Below are positions 1 to 10,875 of a stretch of 64,000 nucleotides of DNA, piece after piece. The position numbers and the translations under genes are program-made. The stretch is from NCBI GenBank assembly GCA_051599415.1, contig AP039691.1, forward strand, positions 434,001 to 498,000. Reading direction: 5' to 3'. Positions within the stretch are counted from its first letter, which is position 1, and every line of letters begins with the position of its first letter. This DNA is from Savitreella phatthalungensis (lineage: Eukaryota). The notes below the pieces were generated by a model. It worked only from the letters and a program-made list of their open reading frames with translations. It made no database searches and was not told the origin of the DNA.

Positions 1-176
1 GGGAACTCTCGCTTGTACGCATTGCTCGTCAGCGACTCCAGCGCAGAGACGTCACGCATCGTAAACGAATCCTGCCGGTTAGCTAGCACCTGCCGCAAAT
101 TCGCGTGAGGCCGTAAAGGGTCGATTGGAATCGCATCTAGCAGTTTCTTTACCTGAGACCTCGTAGCTGTGGCCAT
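1..176 (-). CDS. 5' end of an unidentified spliced gene running off the left edge
   Basis: ATG at 176, exon 176-153, intron 152-72 (GTAAAG...CTAAC...CAG), exon 71-1 in phase: MATATRSQ|DSFTMRDVSALESLTSNAYKREFP. Confidence 0.5.
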   Translation of the reverse strand, partial: MATATRSQVKKLLDAIPIDPLRPHANLRQVLANRQDSFTMRDVSALESLTSNAYKREF

Positions 177-600
177 GTCGTGTACAAGATGGACAATATC
201 GCAGATTAGAAGTCCTGTAAATTGAGACTCGTAGCGTGTTGACTCGAAAGACGAGTACCTGGTTTGTGGAAGTGTAGTGTGCCTGTGCGGTCGTGAAGCG
301 TGATGTCACTCGATAAATCTATGGAAAGAAATTATCTAAGTCTGCCGTGTTGTGGCCATGAATGCTGCATGTGGATAATAAGCATTTTTCCACAGGAATC
401 TCAAATGCAGGCATCTGCAACCGAGACAGGCAGGCATGTCATCCGGTCCTCAAGAGCACTCCCTGTTGAGAGGAGATGCTCAGGTCATCCATGTTCAAGG
501 CATACGTCACTGGACTGTCCAATGCATCTTTGTCAGGCAAACAGTCTGTCATACATGTGATCATTATGTAATTACCTCTTGGCCATTCTTCCTTATTGCG

Positions 601-1500
601 CTAGACCTCGATAATCTCACCTGCGTGTTTGTCGTACCAACGAGTCAGATCGGCTTGGATGTGACGCATCGCAGCGCGAATGGCGTCCTTGTCTCGGATG
701 GCAGGTTGCGGTGGATTGGTAAATCGCGGCGAGGTGACTGCTCCATATGGTGAGCCATCTGCCGTTGTGTCTCGCTCGAGCGAGATTTCCTGCATACTTG
801 TGTCTTCTGCTCCGGCACCGGTACTAGCAACGGGTACACTGCCACGCATCGCAGCCACGAGAGATTCCAGATTCGTGATTCTGCTCTTGAGTCGCCGGTT
901 CTCGAGCTCGAGATTGGTATCGGCAGGCTGTGATTCTTTCGTCTTTGCCGAGCTTGTTTTCGCCTCATCTCGTAGGGCTTGCAAGTCCATCTGCAGTCCG
1001 TCCCGCTCGAGTTCCAAAGCATCGAACTTCGTTTGAAGTGAATCCAGTTGAGACGTTAAACCATCCTTGTCCTTCTGCAGCGATGAGGATGTGTCGGTAG
1101 CGGATGTTTGTTCGTTCAATGTCGATTTTTTCAGCTTCTCCGTTTCATCCTGGGCAGACTTGACGTCCTTTTCGAGCGACTTTACCTGATCCTTGGTCTT
1201 CTTTAAAGTTTCCTCGAGCTCGGTGACCTGCTTCTTGCTGACTGCTAATGCATGCTCAAGCTCAGACACGCGATTTCTCAACGTTGCAAGCTCAGCTTCA
1301 TGATCAGCGGCGGTGCTCTTCTCTGTTTGAGCGTCATCCGCAGGTGCTGATTCTGTTTTCTCCACGGACTTGTCATCCATTGTGGCAGTGTCGTCGGCAG
1401 TCGACTCTGGCTCGTCTGTGGTAGATTTCTGGCCCTTCTTCGCTTTGAGCTCTGCGGCGCGTTTCCTGGCCGCTGCGAGTTTTGCTTCCTTGTCTGCCAT
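601..1500 (-). CDS. Coiled-coil golgin, Bug1/GM130-like
   Basis: Likely ATG at 1500 (MADKEAKLAAARKRAAELK, resembling the GM130 basic N-terminus); long heptad coiled coil; hydrophobic C-terminus GEIIEV resembling a GRASP/PDZ ligand. Confidence 0.55.
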   Translation of the reverse strand: MADKEAKLAAARKRAAELKAKKGQKSTTDEPESTADDTATMDDKSVEKTESAPADDAQTEKSTAADHEAELATLRNRVSELEHALAVSKKQVTELEETLKKTKDQVKSLEKDVKSAQDETEKLKKSTLNEQTSATDTSSSLQKDKDGLTSQLDSLQTKFDALELERDGLQMDLQALRDEAKTSSAKTKESQPADTNLELENRRLKSRITNLESLVAAMRGSVPVASTGAGAEDTSMQEISLERDTTADGSPYGAVTSPRFTNPPQPAIRDKDAIRAAMRHIQADLTRWYDKHAGEIIEV

Positions 1501-2448
1501 CGGGTGATGCTTATCACAGGCAGTAATTGTGCTGTCTTGTTGTATCAGGAGATGCACCTGGTCAGTGACAAGTGTGCATATGGACGATGGCGTGGATGCG
1601 AGTGTGCATGTGTGAGTGTATGGGCGTACGCGTGTGGAATTGAAGTATGAGTGTGGAGTGAATTTGATCATGATTCACACCACGCAGACTCACCATGCAT
1701 ACGGACGATATAGAAATTACGTGCATCTGGTAACTCATACAAAACTTATCTAACATGCATTGAAGTTGAAAGTTGTGTCGAAACTGAATCTAGCCAACTT
1801 TGACATTATTTTCGAGCTAGAAGGCTTTTTGGACCTAATTTGTATATGTGAAGGTTTAAGATCCGCGGGAGTCTTTAGACACCCAATCACATGCAAATTC
1901 ATTCTCTCTATTGTATAGACGTCCATATGCAGCATACGTACAGATATATATCGTTCCAGAAAGTCAGTTCAATACATGTGAATTGAATAGAATTGAATAT
2001 AAAGTTGACTATATATATATATATAGATTGACTTATTACTGGAGATTTAATTGTGTACACACTCAATCACGCACAGACACATGCACGTGTCACAGGTCCA
2101 CAAGGGCCAACTGACTAACTCACTTTCCTCATTCATCTGAAGCGGACTTTGTCTCTGGATCTTTCAACGCAAACTTCAGACTCGCTTCAACGTGGCCGGT
2201 GTACGTTCAGTCACCTGGCTTTCAATCAGACTCGGAGCGCACGGACCTCGCTTTTCCGCTGGACTTTTCACGCGACCTAATCCCCTGAACGGCAGAATAT
2301 CTCCGAGTCGCTTAGGCGACCCTACCTACGCGCCTAATCCACCTTCTCTGCTTCCGCACATAAGGGATCTGGCTGGGCGCAGGTATTTAGAGAACGCGAC
2401 TGGCAGGGAAGTTGCCGCGCTCTTCACTGACACTCTCCTAAGTCGAGT

Positions 2449-3915
2449 ATGATCATCTCTGGCGTCAAGCACGCGTGTGCAAAGTGCATCCGTGGCCACC
2501 GGTCCAGTACTTGCAACCATCCAGACAGACCGCTCTTCGAGATCAGGAAGAAAGGGCGACCCGTTTCCCAGTGCCCACACTGTCGCGACTTGCGCAAGAT
2601 CAAGTCTTCCCACAACAAGTGTGAGTGTGGCGCCCATCCGGGAGATGAGACTGGTAATGGCACCTGCCAGTGCCATTCGGGTGCATCGTGCACATGTGCA
2701 GGTCAGCCCCAAGTTTTCCAGTATATACCGCCGGATTTGTCAAATGCCAGCACAGTCACTGGCTCGACAGACACTCCCAGTACCCCACTCGGGCCAGCGA
2801 CAAAGTCAACAACATCATCGTCAAATGCGCCAGCATCCATGCTCCACGTCTTTGATCTCGGCAAAAACTTGAACACTGGTGGCAACAACGGTATCGTTAC
2901 TAGCAACCCAATGAGTACTCCCGCTTTCGCAGCCGACTTTGCTCGCAGCTTCAGCCATTCTCATCATGGTTCGTCTGGCGCACAAACACCTGTTGAGGAC
3001 CCTATTGCAGGGTTCAATTTTGCTCTGCCTGATGCGGCACTCTTTCCATCGTTACCTGAATCCCCCTATCAGACACAACCCAATCAGTATCATGTTGCCA
3101 GAGGCCATGGACATCACCGAAGTGCATCTGGCACGCCAGAACTCTCCATGCGACCCTCGCAGAAGCGCACTTTATCACAACTCAGAGATGTTAACCCTTC
3201 ACCGACCTCACGTACCATCGGTGTCAATACTGAAGCGCTACCTGCAGGTATCTGGCCTGCAGATCCGTTCGAGGTTCCAGCGTGGCAGCAGGCACAGCGC
3301 AACGCGGAAGCTAGTGCCTGTTGTCCCAAGGTCAGAGACATGCCACTTAAGGATCTGCCCTTCGATGCTCAGAACTTGGCCGCGTCCACAGCCTATAATC
3401 ACGACGAGGATGAGGAAGACTTGCACAACGTGCCTGCGTTCTCAGTGTTCTATGGCACCGGCATCCACAAAGACAACGATTCTCCACCTGACGAGCACGA
3501 GCTGCTTGCGGCAATTGACCACGCGACTCTGCCTGAGGGTGTCCGAGCGCTCGAGCCGGATTACGACGATGCAGCCGCCGCAATGGAGTTTGACCCAGCA
3601 TTCTGGGACAAACTCATGGAGGTTCCGGGCTGCTCAATTCCTGGCGTACAGTGCAAATGCGGAGACGGCTGCTCATGTGCCGGTTGTCAGACACACACGG
3701 ACAATGCGCCACACGTTGCCGCCGCCGAGCTAGAGCGGATGGATGTCAGCACAGAATCGAATGCAAAACGTCCTGCTCGGCAGCATCCTCCTGGCTGCTG
3801 CGATACTCGTGATCTCCACAAACGCGTCAAGCAACATGTTGCACGCGAAGCGTCTGACGAGGACACTCCCGCGGATTCCTCTGACGGCACTCACAGCTGC
3901 TGCTCGGCCAAGTGA
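2449..3915 (+). CDS. Copper-fist transcription factor (Ace1/Mac1/Cuf1 family)
   Basis: N-terminal CAKCIRGHRSSTCNH...KKGRP copper-fist domain; C-terminal CKCGDGCSCAGCQTH motif. Confidence 0.9.
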   Translation: MIISGVKHACAKCIRGHRSSTCNHPDRPLFEIRKKGRPVSQCPHCRDLRKIKSSHNKCECGAHPGDETGNGTCQCHSGASCTCAGQPQVFQYIPPDLSNASTVTGSTDTPSTPLGPATKSTTSSSNAPASMLHVFDLGKNLNTGGNNGIVTSNPMSTPAFAADFARSFSHSHHGSSGAQTPVEDPIAGFNFALPDAALFPSLPESPYQTQPNQYHVARGHGHHRSASGTPELSMRPSQKRTLSQLRDVNPSPTSRTIGVNTEALPAGIWPADPFEVPAWQQAQRNAEASACCPKVRDMPLKDLPFDAQNLAASTAYNHDEDEEDLHNVPAFSVFYGTGIHKDNDSPPDEHELLAAIDHATLPEGVRALEPDYDDAAAAMEFDPAFWDKLMEVPGCSIPGVQCKCGDGCSCAGCQTHTDNAPHVAAAELERMDVSTESNAKRPARQHPPGCCDTRDLHKRVKQHVAREASDEDTPADSSDGTHSCCSAK

Positions 3916-4003
3916 CAGTACTGGCCTCGGCGGGGATACTCGAGATGAGACATGTCATGCATAGGAAATATTCTATATACATATAAGGTTGTGGTTATCT
4001 TCT

Positions 4004-4495
4004 TTAGAGTCTGCCATTGGCCTGGAATCGCGTCATCAGACCGCCGCTGGTTCCACGACGACCCTTGATCAGTCGCTGGCGCATTTGCTCATTCAGCTTC
4101 GTCTGGAATGGTTCAAGTTCCTTTTCAGTCGTCGGCGGATTCGGATAGACGAAAGGTTCCTTCATCGTGACAATCGCCGTCTTTTTCGAGATCGGTCTGT
4201 GCCACGGCAAGGTCTTCTTCAGGTGGAGATTCTTCCGCCGCTGTGCATTCGTTCCCCGCTGCAATGGCGTTAGATGGATCTGCGTCCTCACATCTGTCGT
4301 CACCAGCCCGTATAAGTTGTATAGGTAATCCCGTACGTCGAACTTGTTCATGTTCAATGGCACCCTGAACTTGGCCCTGTTTGCCGGAAGCGGAGCATCC
4401 TTGCTTCCCCGGAGTAAGGTGAACACACTCTCAGGCAACCACACCTTCTTGCTCCCCATCTTGAACGGCGCGGCAGCCCGAGCGACAGACGACAT
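4004..4495 (-). CDS. MRP20: Mitochondrial ribosomal protein uL23m
   Basis: KKVWLP...FRVPLNMNKFDVRDYLYNLYGL...PFVYP; likely ATG at 4495. Confidence 0.85.
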   Translation of the reverse strand: MSSVARAAAPFKMGSKKVWLPESVFTLLRGSKDAPLPANRAKFRVPLNMNKFDVRDYLYNLYGLVTTDVRTQIHLTPLQRGTNAQRRKNLHLKKTLPWHRPISKKTAIVTMKEPFVYPNPPTTEKELEPFQTKLNEQMRQRLIKGRRGTSGGLMTRFQANGRL

Positions 4496-4766
4496 CTCGA
4501 ACCTGTAAGAGCACCTAGATCCCTGGTTGGAAGTGTACAGCGATGCGCGATCCTTCAGCAAAGTCAGACACTTGAGCAAGTATTTGATTTTGTCCTGTGC
4601 TAGAAATTTTGATGTCTGGGTTTCCTACTTTAGCGTTGTGGCACTGACACACATGCAATATGTACGAGCCACCAACATAGAACCAAAAGGATGAAAGATG
4701 TTGCTCTGCGAAAGGGCTCGATCTACCACGTCATGTACATCATGCGATTCCTCTATGCTACTCATT

Positions 4767-5369
4767 CTAGTTTGCCAAGCAGAAAGCTTCGAGCTCGCCA
4801 TAGGCCTTGTCGAGGTCATCATTGACAACGATCTTGTCGTGTGCTCCCGGTTCATTTGCGTAAGCGAGCTCCGCCTTTGCCTGAGCCAGTCGTGCAAGAA
4901 TGGCCTCCTCCTTATCCGTAGCTCTGCCTCGGAGACGCTGCTCGAGCACTTCTTCCGAGGGCGGCGCGATAAACAGGTAGCGTGCGTTTAGTCCTGGCGA
5001 CGGTAGCGCCTTGACGAGCTTAACGCCCTGCATGTCGATGTCGAGAATACACGTCTTGTCTCCCTCCTGCTCAGACACGGCCTTGACGCCAGCAACCGTC
5101 GAGCCGTACAAGTTGCCCGAGAACTCTGCATGCTCGATAAACTCTCCGCGCTTCACGCCAGCCAGGAACTCCTCCCGGGTGATGAAATTGTAGTCGCGGC
5201 CATCGACCTCGCCAGCTCGCGGCTGACGCGTTGTAGACGAAACAGAGAACCCGAACTTATTTGGATGTGCGGCGAACAGCTTCTTCAGCAGAGTCGATTT
5301 GCCGGTGCCGCTGGGTCCAGAAACGACGATCGGCCGTCTCGTTGAAACAGACGCTGTGCTACTGCTCAT
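4767..5369 (-). CDS. GUK1: Guanylate kinase
   Basis: [10 protein letters not shown]-loop, [27 protein letters not shown] at 5369. Confidence 0.95.
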   Translation of the reverse strand: MSSSTASVSTRRPIVVSGPSGTGKSTLLKKLFAAHPNKFGFSVSSTTRQPRAGEVDGRDYNFITREEFLAGVKRGEFIEHAEFSGNLYGSTVAGVKAVSEQEGDKTCILDIDMQGVKLVKALPSPGLNARYLFIAPPSEEVLEQRLRGRATDKEEAILARLAQAKAELAYANEPGAHDKIVVNDDLDKAYGELEAFCLAN

Positions 5370-5697
5370 TCTGACTAGTCCTCGGAAGTATGCCAGAGCT
5401 GTGTGACAATTATCGATTACGCTAAGCTTGCTCAAGGCTCCTTTCTCTCTCGACACCCACGCCAAGCATTGGTGTACTCGTGCAGCACACTGTAAGTGTA
5501 TTCGAGACACAGAACAGAACCACATGGATCACGTGCAAACAATTTCCAGTAATTCACACTTCAGCTTACTTCACCATAGCCAGAGTACAAGCTACTTAAA
5601 TGCTCATTAGCACCAGCGAGAGATCATCGGCAGTACTTGCGGAGTGCAGATCAGTCCGTCTGAGGGTCATTATAGGATGATACGATCGACACAGACC

Positions 5698-6426
5698 ATG
5701 ATCTCGGGTCGTAAGGCGATGTTTCGAGTTCTGAGAAGCCCTCATGGGAGTCTTGCGTCATTTTCACGACCATTTCACAGTGCAGATTCTCCCAAGGACA
5801 TTGCAGCGGATCCGATTCTTGACGCAGCTCTCAAGCATGTTTCCGAGCATGGATTCACACTAGAAAGCATCAAGCGCGGCGCTCAAGATGCTGGCTATCT
5901 GGACGCATCACATGCTCTATATCCGGATGGTGCATTTGCGCTTGTCACGAGACACCTCGATCTTGCGCGACAGAGCCTACATCATCACGCAGAAGCTGCA
6001 TTTGCTGATGAAAAGAGCATAGGAAAGAGGATTAGGATGTTGTGCGAACTTCGGCTGCGCGCAAATGAGCCGTATATCGATCGACTGCAAGACGCGTTTG
6101 CCGTCATGGCTTTGCCTTCCAACGTTCGCGCTAGCATGCATGCGCTTCACGAGCTCTCAGATACGATGTGGCATTTGGCCGGCGACGACGCAGCTGACAT
6201 GAACTGGTACTCAAAACGCCTATCGCTATCCGGTGTTTACGCTGCGAGCGAGCTCTTCATGACACAGGACCGCAGTCAAGACTTCAACGAGACGATGGCA
6301 TTTCTGGACCGCCGACTCAGGGATGTGAGCACGTTAGGCAGGTCTTGGACGGAAATATCGACTTTTGTTGGCTTTCAACTCTGGCAGGCTCGCAATATTG
6401 CAGCTAGCAAGGGCCTTAAATTCTAG
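5698..6426 (+). CDS. COQ9: Ubiquinone biosynthesis protein Coq9
   Basis: MWHLAGDDAADMNWYSKRLSLSGVYAASELFMTQDRS signature; start codon uncertain. Confidence 0.9.
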   Translation: MISGRKAMFRVLRSPHGSLASFSRPFHSADSPKDIAADPILDAALKHVSEHGFTLESIKRGAQDAGYLDASHALYPDGAFALVTRHLDLARQSLHHHAEAAFADEKSIGKRIRMLCELRLRANEPYIDRLQDAFAVMALPSNVRASMHALHELSDTMWHLAGDDAADMNWYSKRLSLSGVYAASELFMTQDRSQDFNETMAFLDRRLRDVSTLGRSWTEISTFVGFQLWQARNIAASKGLKF

Positions 6427-6856
6427 CTCGACTGTGTCCTGCCCCACGGTGGGCTCGATGGCTTGTACACGGTCACTGTATCTATATCTAATGAATGACA
6501 GCAGAGAAGTGAAGCTTGATTCGTTGTGAGATGTCTTGTTGCAGTACAAACTGTATGGCAGATGCTGTACTCTTCTGCCATTGTTGTGCTGCTGACCTTG
6601 CTGCTGTTGCTGTTGCCGCATTTTGACTCTGATTTCCAAGTTGACCAATCGCATGCAAGCTAATTGCGTAACTCAGTCTTCAATGCTCGACTTGACTTGT
6701 CTTCCCATCGAGGACGAATCCAATCGACTGAATCCGTGGGGGTAGGCAAGCAACGCAATCGGTACCAGTACACAGCTCCTAGCAAGCTTTCATTGTCATT
6801 TTCAAAGGATCAGAGCGCTTTTGACCCCGACACGAAGCTCAAGATTCTATCTGATC

Positions 6857-8410
6857 ATGTCGTCCGATGCAAAGTGCCCAGTCACCGGCAGCGCAGTTTC
6901 TGCGCTTCCACCAGATCATCCAAAGGTCAACGGGGGCGGTGTTTGTCCAGTCACCGCAGCAACAACGGAGCATCACAACAATGTCGTTCACGAACACCCG
7001 CCTGTTCCTCAGGGATCCTCGGAGAAGGATTGTCCCGTGCTGCGCGCAGCTAAGGAATCGAACACATGCCCCGTGGTCGGCACGAATGCAGCAGCGCTGC
7101 CCCCCAATCACCCGGCACCTGAGTCTCTCGATGGGCAAGTCTGTCCTGTGACGCACGCCAGCAAGGCGCATCACCAGAACGTCGTGCACGAGCACCCCGC
7201 TGTGCCGAAGAATGCAAGCGCAAAGGACTGCCCCGTTTTGTCCGCTAACAGCGTGGCAGCCGCAAAGGCTGATGCAGAGAAGGCTGCATCTGAGCGCTGC
7301 CCGGTCACCGGATCGAAAGTCACAAGCTTGCCGCCGGACCATCCGTCTGTGGCGAATGGAGGTGTCTGCCCAGTCACCAAGGCGTCCGTCGATCATCATG
7401 AGAATGTGCAAGCCCACCCGAAGGTGCCAAAAGGCGCTTCCGCCAAAGACTGCCCGGTCTTGCAGGACAATGAGTGCCCTGTTGTCGGTACCAATGCCGC
7501 AGCTCTGCCACCAAATCATCCAACAAAGACGACCGGCACGTGTCCCGTCACAGGTGCCAAGGCTGAGCACCACAATGGCAGCGTGCACCAGCACCCTGAC
7601 GTAGCATCAACGAATGATGCAGCAGTCTGCCCCGTCACCGGTGCATCTGCAGGTAGCCATGCTAATGCAGCCCCCAGCAACGGTGCTCCAGCCCAGTGCC
7701 CTGTGACTGGTCAGTATGCCGATGGATCCCGCCCGGCAGTCCAGATCCCAGCTCACGTGGCAGCCCAGCCGATCACGTTCACCGTCCTGGGCAACCCATT
7801 CTCCACCTACACACGTACGCTGACTATGGGACTACACGAGTGTGGCATCAGCAATTTCACGCAGAGGGGCTACCTCCCGTATGCCAAGGAAGTCTACGAG
7901 CACAACCCATTCGGCCGCATCCCGGTCCTCCTCGTCGGTCATGGTGGACAGGAGTTGGCCATGCACGAAACAGAATCTATCGTGCGCTACCTCGACGCCA
8001 GCAACTCGCGCGTCCTGCGTTTCAAGCCCGAGGAGCTTTTGAAGAATCAGAAATTGGAGGAGTGGACTTCGATTGTCACATCTTATGTCTTTGGAGCTGT
8101 CGAGGGTGGTGTCGTGAAGCCAACGCTCAAGGATGCCAACGCGGACGTTTCTGCAGGGCTCGAGAAGATGCACGAGGTCCTCAAGATTGTCGAAACCAGG
8201 ATGCAGGGACCCTATCTGATGGGCATGCCAACAACCTGGCCTGACCTATTCCTTTACCCGATTCTCGCCGACCTCAAGGCATCGAAGCACGGCGCCGAAT
8301 TGCAGAAATACCCCAAGCTGGCTGCATGGACCGAGCGCATGTCCAAGCGCAAGTCAGCTCTTGCCACGAAGGAGGGCACTCTCGAGGTCCTCGGAGGACT
8401 CCCGAAGTAA
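6857..8410 (+). CDS. Glutathione S-transferase with an N-terminal Cys-Pro-Val/His-rich repeat array
   Basis: C-terminal GST fold (FSTYTRT, NPFGRIPVL, ETESIVRYL, YLMG..TWPDL, YPKLAAWTERM); 13 CPV motifs in the N-terminal half. Confidence 0.8.
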   Translation: MSSDAKCPVTGSAVSALPPDHPKVNGGGVCPVTAATTEHHNNVVHEHPPVPQGSSEKDCPVLRAAKESNTCPVVGTNAAALPPNHPAPESLDGQVCPVTHASKAHHQNVVHEHPAVPKNASAKDCPVLSANSVAAAKADAEKAASERCPVTGSKVTSLPPDHPSVANGGVCPVTKASVDHHENVQAHPKVPKGASAKDCPVLQDNECPVVGTNAAALPPNHPTKTTGTCPVTGAKAEHHNGSVHQHPDVASTNDAAVCPVTGASAGSHANAAPSNGAPAQCPVTGQYADGSRPAVQIPAHVAAQPITFTVLGNPFSTYTRTLTMGLHECGISNFTQRGYLPYAKEVYEHNPFGRIPVLLVGHGGQELAMHETESIVRYLDASNSRVLRFKPEELLKNQKLEEWTSIVTSYVFGAVEGGVVKPTLKDANADVSAGLEKMHEVLKIVETRMQGPYLMGMPTTWPDLFLYPILADLKASKHGAELQKYPKLAAWTERMSKRKSALATKEGTLEVLGGLPK

Positions 8411-8594
8411 GCTAGTCGTCATTTGCCTTCTTTAGTCATGGATTCAGTTTTCTTGTGTGCGAGAACATAGCCATCCTGATGGGTAGACCAGCTTCTGCAT
8501 CATCTTGCCTCGATCAAATGGAATGAACACAAAAATGGATCATGAGTGGCTGTGACAGGCACAAGTATTGGAAGGCGGACGCCCTTTGAGCTTC

Positions 8595-9950
8595 ATGGCT
8601 CAAGACTTCGGCGCGCTAGGACTCTCAAGCTGGCTTGTTTCCGCACTCAAGAATGTGTCCATCTACAAGCCGACTCCGATCCAGCGGTCGTGCGTGGGTC
8701 CGATTCTAGGAGGACGAGACTGTATCGGCGGAGCTCGCACTGGTAGCGGCAAGACCTGCGCATTTGCATTGCCGATCCTACAGCGACTGAGCGAAGATCC
8801 TTTCGGATGCTTTGCCTTGGTTCTTACACCGACGCGTGAGCTCGCGATCCAGATCGCCGAGCAATTCGAAGCACTCGGCACGACGATCAATCTCAGGATG
8901 GCGACCGTCGTAGGCGGGCTCGACATGCTAGAACAGTCGGCTACACTCTCTCGGCGGCCGCACATCGTGGTAGCGACACCTGGTAGGCTTGCAGATATCA
9001 TTCGGAGCAATGGCGAGGAGACAATAGGTGGTCTTCGTCGATGTAAATATCTCGTGCTAGACGAAGCAGATCGACTTCTCGATCCGTGTTTTGCGGATGC
9101 CATCGCAACTTGTGTCGCTCTGCTTCCCGAACAGCGACAGACTCTGCTCTTCACGGCAACAGTCACAGATGCCATTCGCGATCTGGCCAAGCGGACACCG
9201 AAGCCAGGCAAGCAACCTCCATTCCTGCACGAGGTCAGCGACGAAGCAGGATCTCTGACGACTCTGCCGACGACACTCTCACAATACTACCAGCTTGTAC
9301 CTGCGCACCTTCGTGAACCGTACTTGCACGAGCTCCTGTCTCTCGAGGCCAACAAAGAGAAATCGTGCGTCGTCTTCTGCAATCGCGCAGATACCTGCGA
9401 GCTTCTCAGACGCACGCTGCGCGCACTCGACCATCGCTGCACGGGTCTACATGCAAAGCTCTCCCAGCGCGAGCGTCTCGACTCACTCGGACGCTTTCGC
9501 GCTGGCGCGGCACGGATTCTAGTTTGCACAGACGTCGCATCTCGAGGACTTGATATACCCTCGGTCGAGATGGTGGTCAACTTTGACTTGCCGCGCGACC
9601 CGGACGACTACATTCATCGTGTCGGTCGAACGGCGCGTGCCGGCAGGCAGGGCGAGTCTGTGTCATTTGTGACGCAGCACGACGTCGAGCTCGTGCACGC
9701 GATCGAGGAGCGTTGCGCACTCGTTTCGGGCGCACAGGAGGCCAAGATGCAGCAGTACGAAGGGCTGGAGCACGACGCTGTCGTTGACAACCTCAAGGCC
9801 ACATCAAGGGCTCGCAGGACGGCACAAGTGGCAATGGCAGAAGAAGGTTTCGGCCTCAAACAGGACAGTCGCAAGGCGAAACTCGCAGAGAAAGCATCAA
9901 GATCCGGCAAATATTCGCATCAGAAAGCTGGCAAGAAGGCTAGCGTGTGA
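8595..9950 (+). CDS. DBP8: DEAD-box RNA helicase Dbp8
   Basis: PTPIQ, TGSGKT, PTRELA, DEAD, TAT motif III, HRVGRTAR; LSEDPFG. Confidence 0.9.
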   Translation: MAQDFGALGLSSWLVSALKNVSIYKPTPIQRSCVGPILGGRDCIGGARTGSGKTCAFALPILQRLSEDPFGCFALVLTPTRELAIQIAEQFEALGTTINLRMATVVGGLDMLEQSATLSRRPHIVVATPGRLADIIRSNGEETIGGLRRCKYLVLDEADRLLDPCFADAIATCVALLPEQRQTLLFTATVTDAIRDLAKRTPKPGKQPPFLHEVSDEAGSLTTLPTTLSQYYQLVPAHLREPYLHELLSLEANKEKSCVVFCNRADTCELLRRTLRALDHRCTGLHAKLSQRERLDSLGRFRAGAARILVCTDVASRGLDIPSVEMVVNFDLPRDPDDYIHRVGRTARAGRQGESVSFVTQHDVELVHAIEERCALVSGAQEAKMQQYEGLEHDAVVDNLKATSRARRTAQVAMAEEGFGLKQDSRKAKLAEKASRSGKYSHQKAGKKASV

Positions 9951-10228
9951 AGACATTGAGTAGTGATGTAGTGACGTATCAACGAATGAAAGAAAGACAT
10001 GATCAATACCGTTCTCGCATCGTCTTGCTGATCGCCGGGATGTCCGTGTATTTCAGATCCCAGCTGAAAATTGTGATTTTAGTGGAGATAGCGCGTGTGT
10101 CGCCTTTCAGGTGTGATCTCGACACGACTTTGACTCTCGGCACGATACTGATCTGTGGAGACAGCCCCGGGCTAGACTCAGAACTCTCCTGCATTTGAAG
10201 CCAAGGTATAGTAGATTTATCGGCGAGA

Positions 10229-10875
10229 ATGGCTCCGCGCAAGTCTGCGAAGAAAGTCGTGGAAGACGCGGCGACGACACCAGTAAAGACCGGCAACGAC
10301 CCGATCGACACGCTCGTCAACGCCATCACAACGACAGACAAGTCGACAGTTGCCGCTGGAAAGTCACCTGCCAGAGGAGAAAGTGCTGTTGGAGGAGCAA
10401 AAGCAGACTTCAGCTACGCGACAATCGTCCAGGATGTTTGGAAGGCGTACTTGCGAGAGACACCTCACAGACTAAAACTCATCGATGCTTTCTTGGTCTT
10501 TCTGATTTACGTTGGTGTGGTACAATTCGCGTACTGCGTGCTCGTCGGCAACTATCCCTTCAACGCGTTCCTTGCCGGCTTCGGCGCCACCATCGGCCAA
10601 TTTGTCCTTGCAGGTAAGCCCTGAGCTCGACTGGAGTGGTCATGCGCTTGCTCCGGGACGATGTTTGCTAACGATGTTATAGTGGGATTGCGCATTCAGT
10701 CAAACACAGCGAACCGGGGTGAATTCCCTCAGATCAGCCCAGAACGGTATGTTACCTTTGCCGCATGAGGATCGACGGGAAGACAAGCATTACTGACGCT
10801 ATGACCAGGGCTTTTGGCGATTTCCTGTTTGGCAGCGTTTTGTTGCACTTTGCCGTTGTCAACTTCTTGGGATGA
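10229..10875 (+). CDS. OST2: Oligosaccharyltransferase subunit Ost2/DAD1 (3 exons)
   Basis: Exons 10229-10613, 10683-10746, 10809-10875; introns GTAAGC..CTAAC..TAG and GTATGT..CTGAC..CAG; spliced product ends [26 protein letters not shown]. Confidence 0.95.

Noticed and set aside
6334..6654. Poly-Q minus-strand ORF
   Set aside because: Driven by a CTG/TTG microsatellite and overlaps the COQ9 3' end; no other coding signal.
6839..7594. Long antisense or alternate-frame ORFs (also 2939-3733, 56672-57406, 55318-55920)
   Set aside because: Shadows of well-supported genes in GC-balanced DNA, with no motifs of their own.
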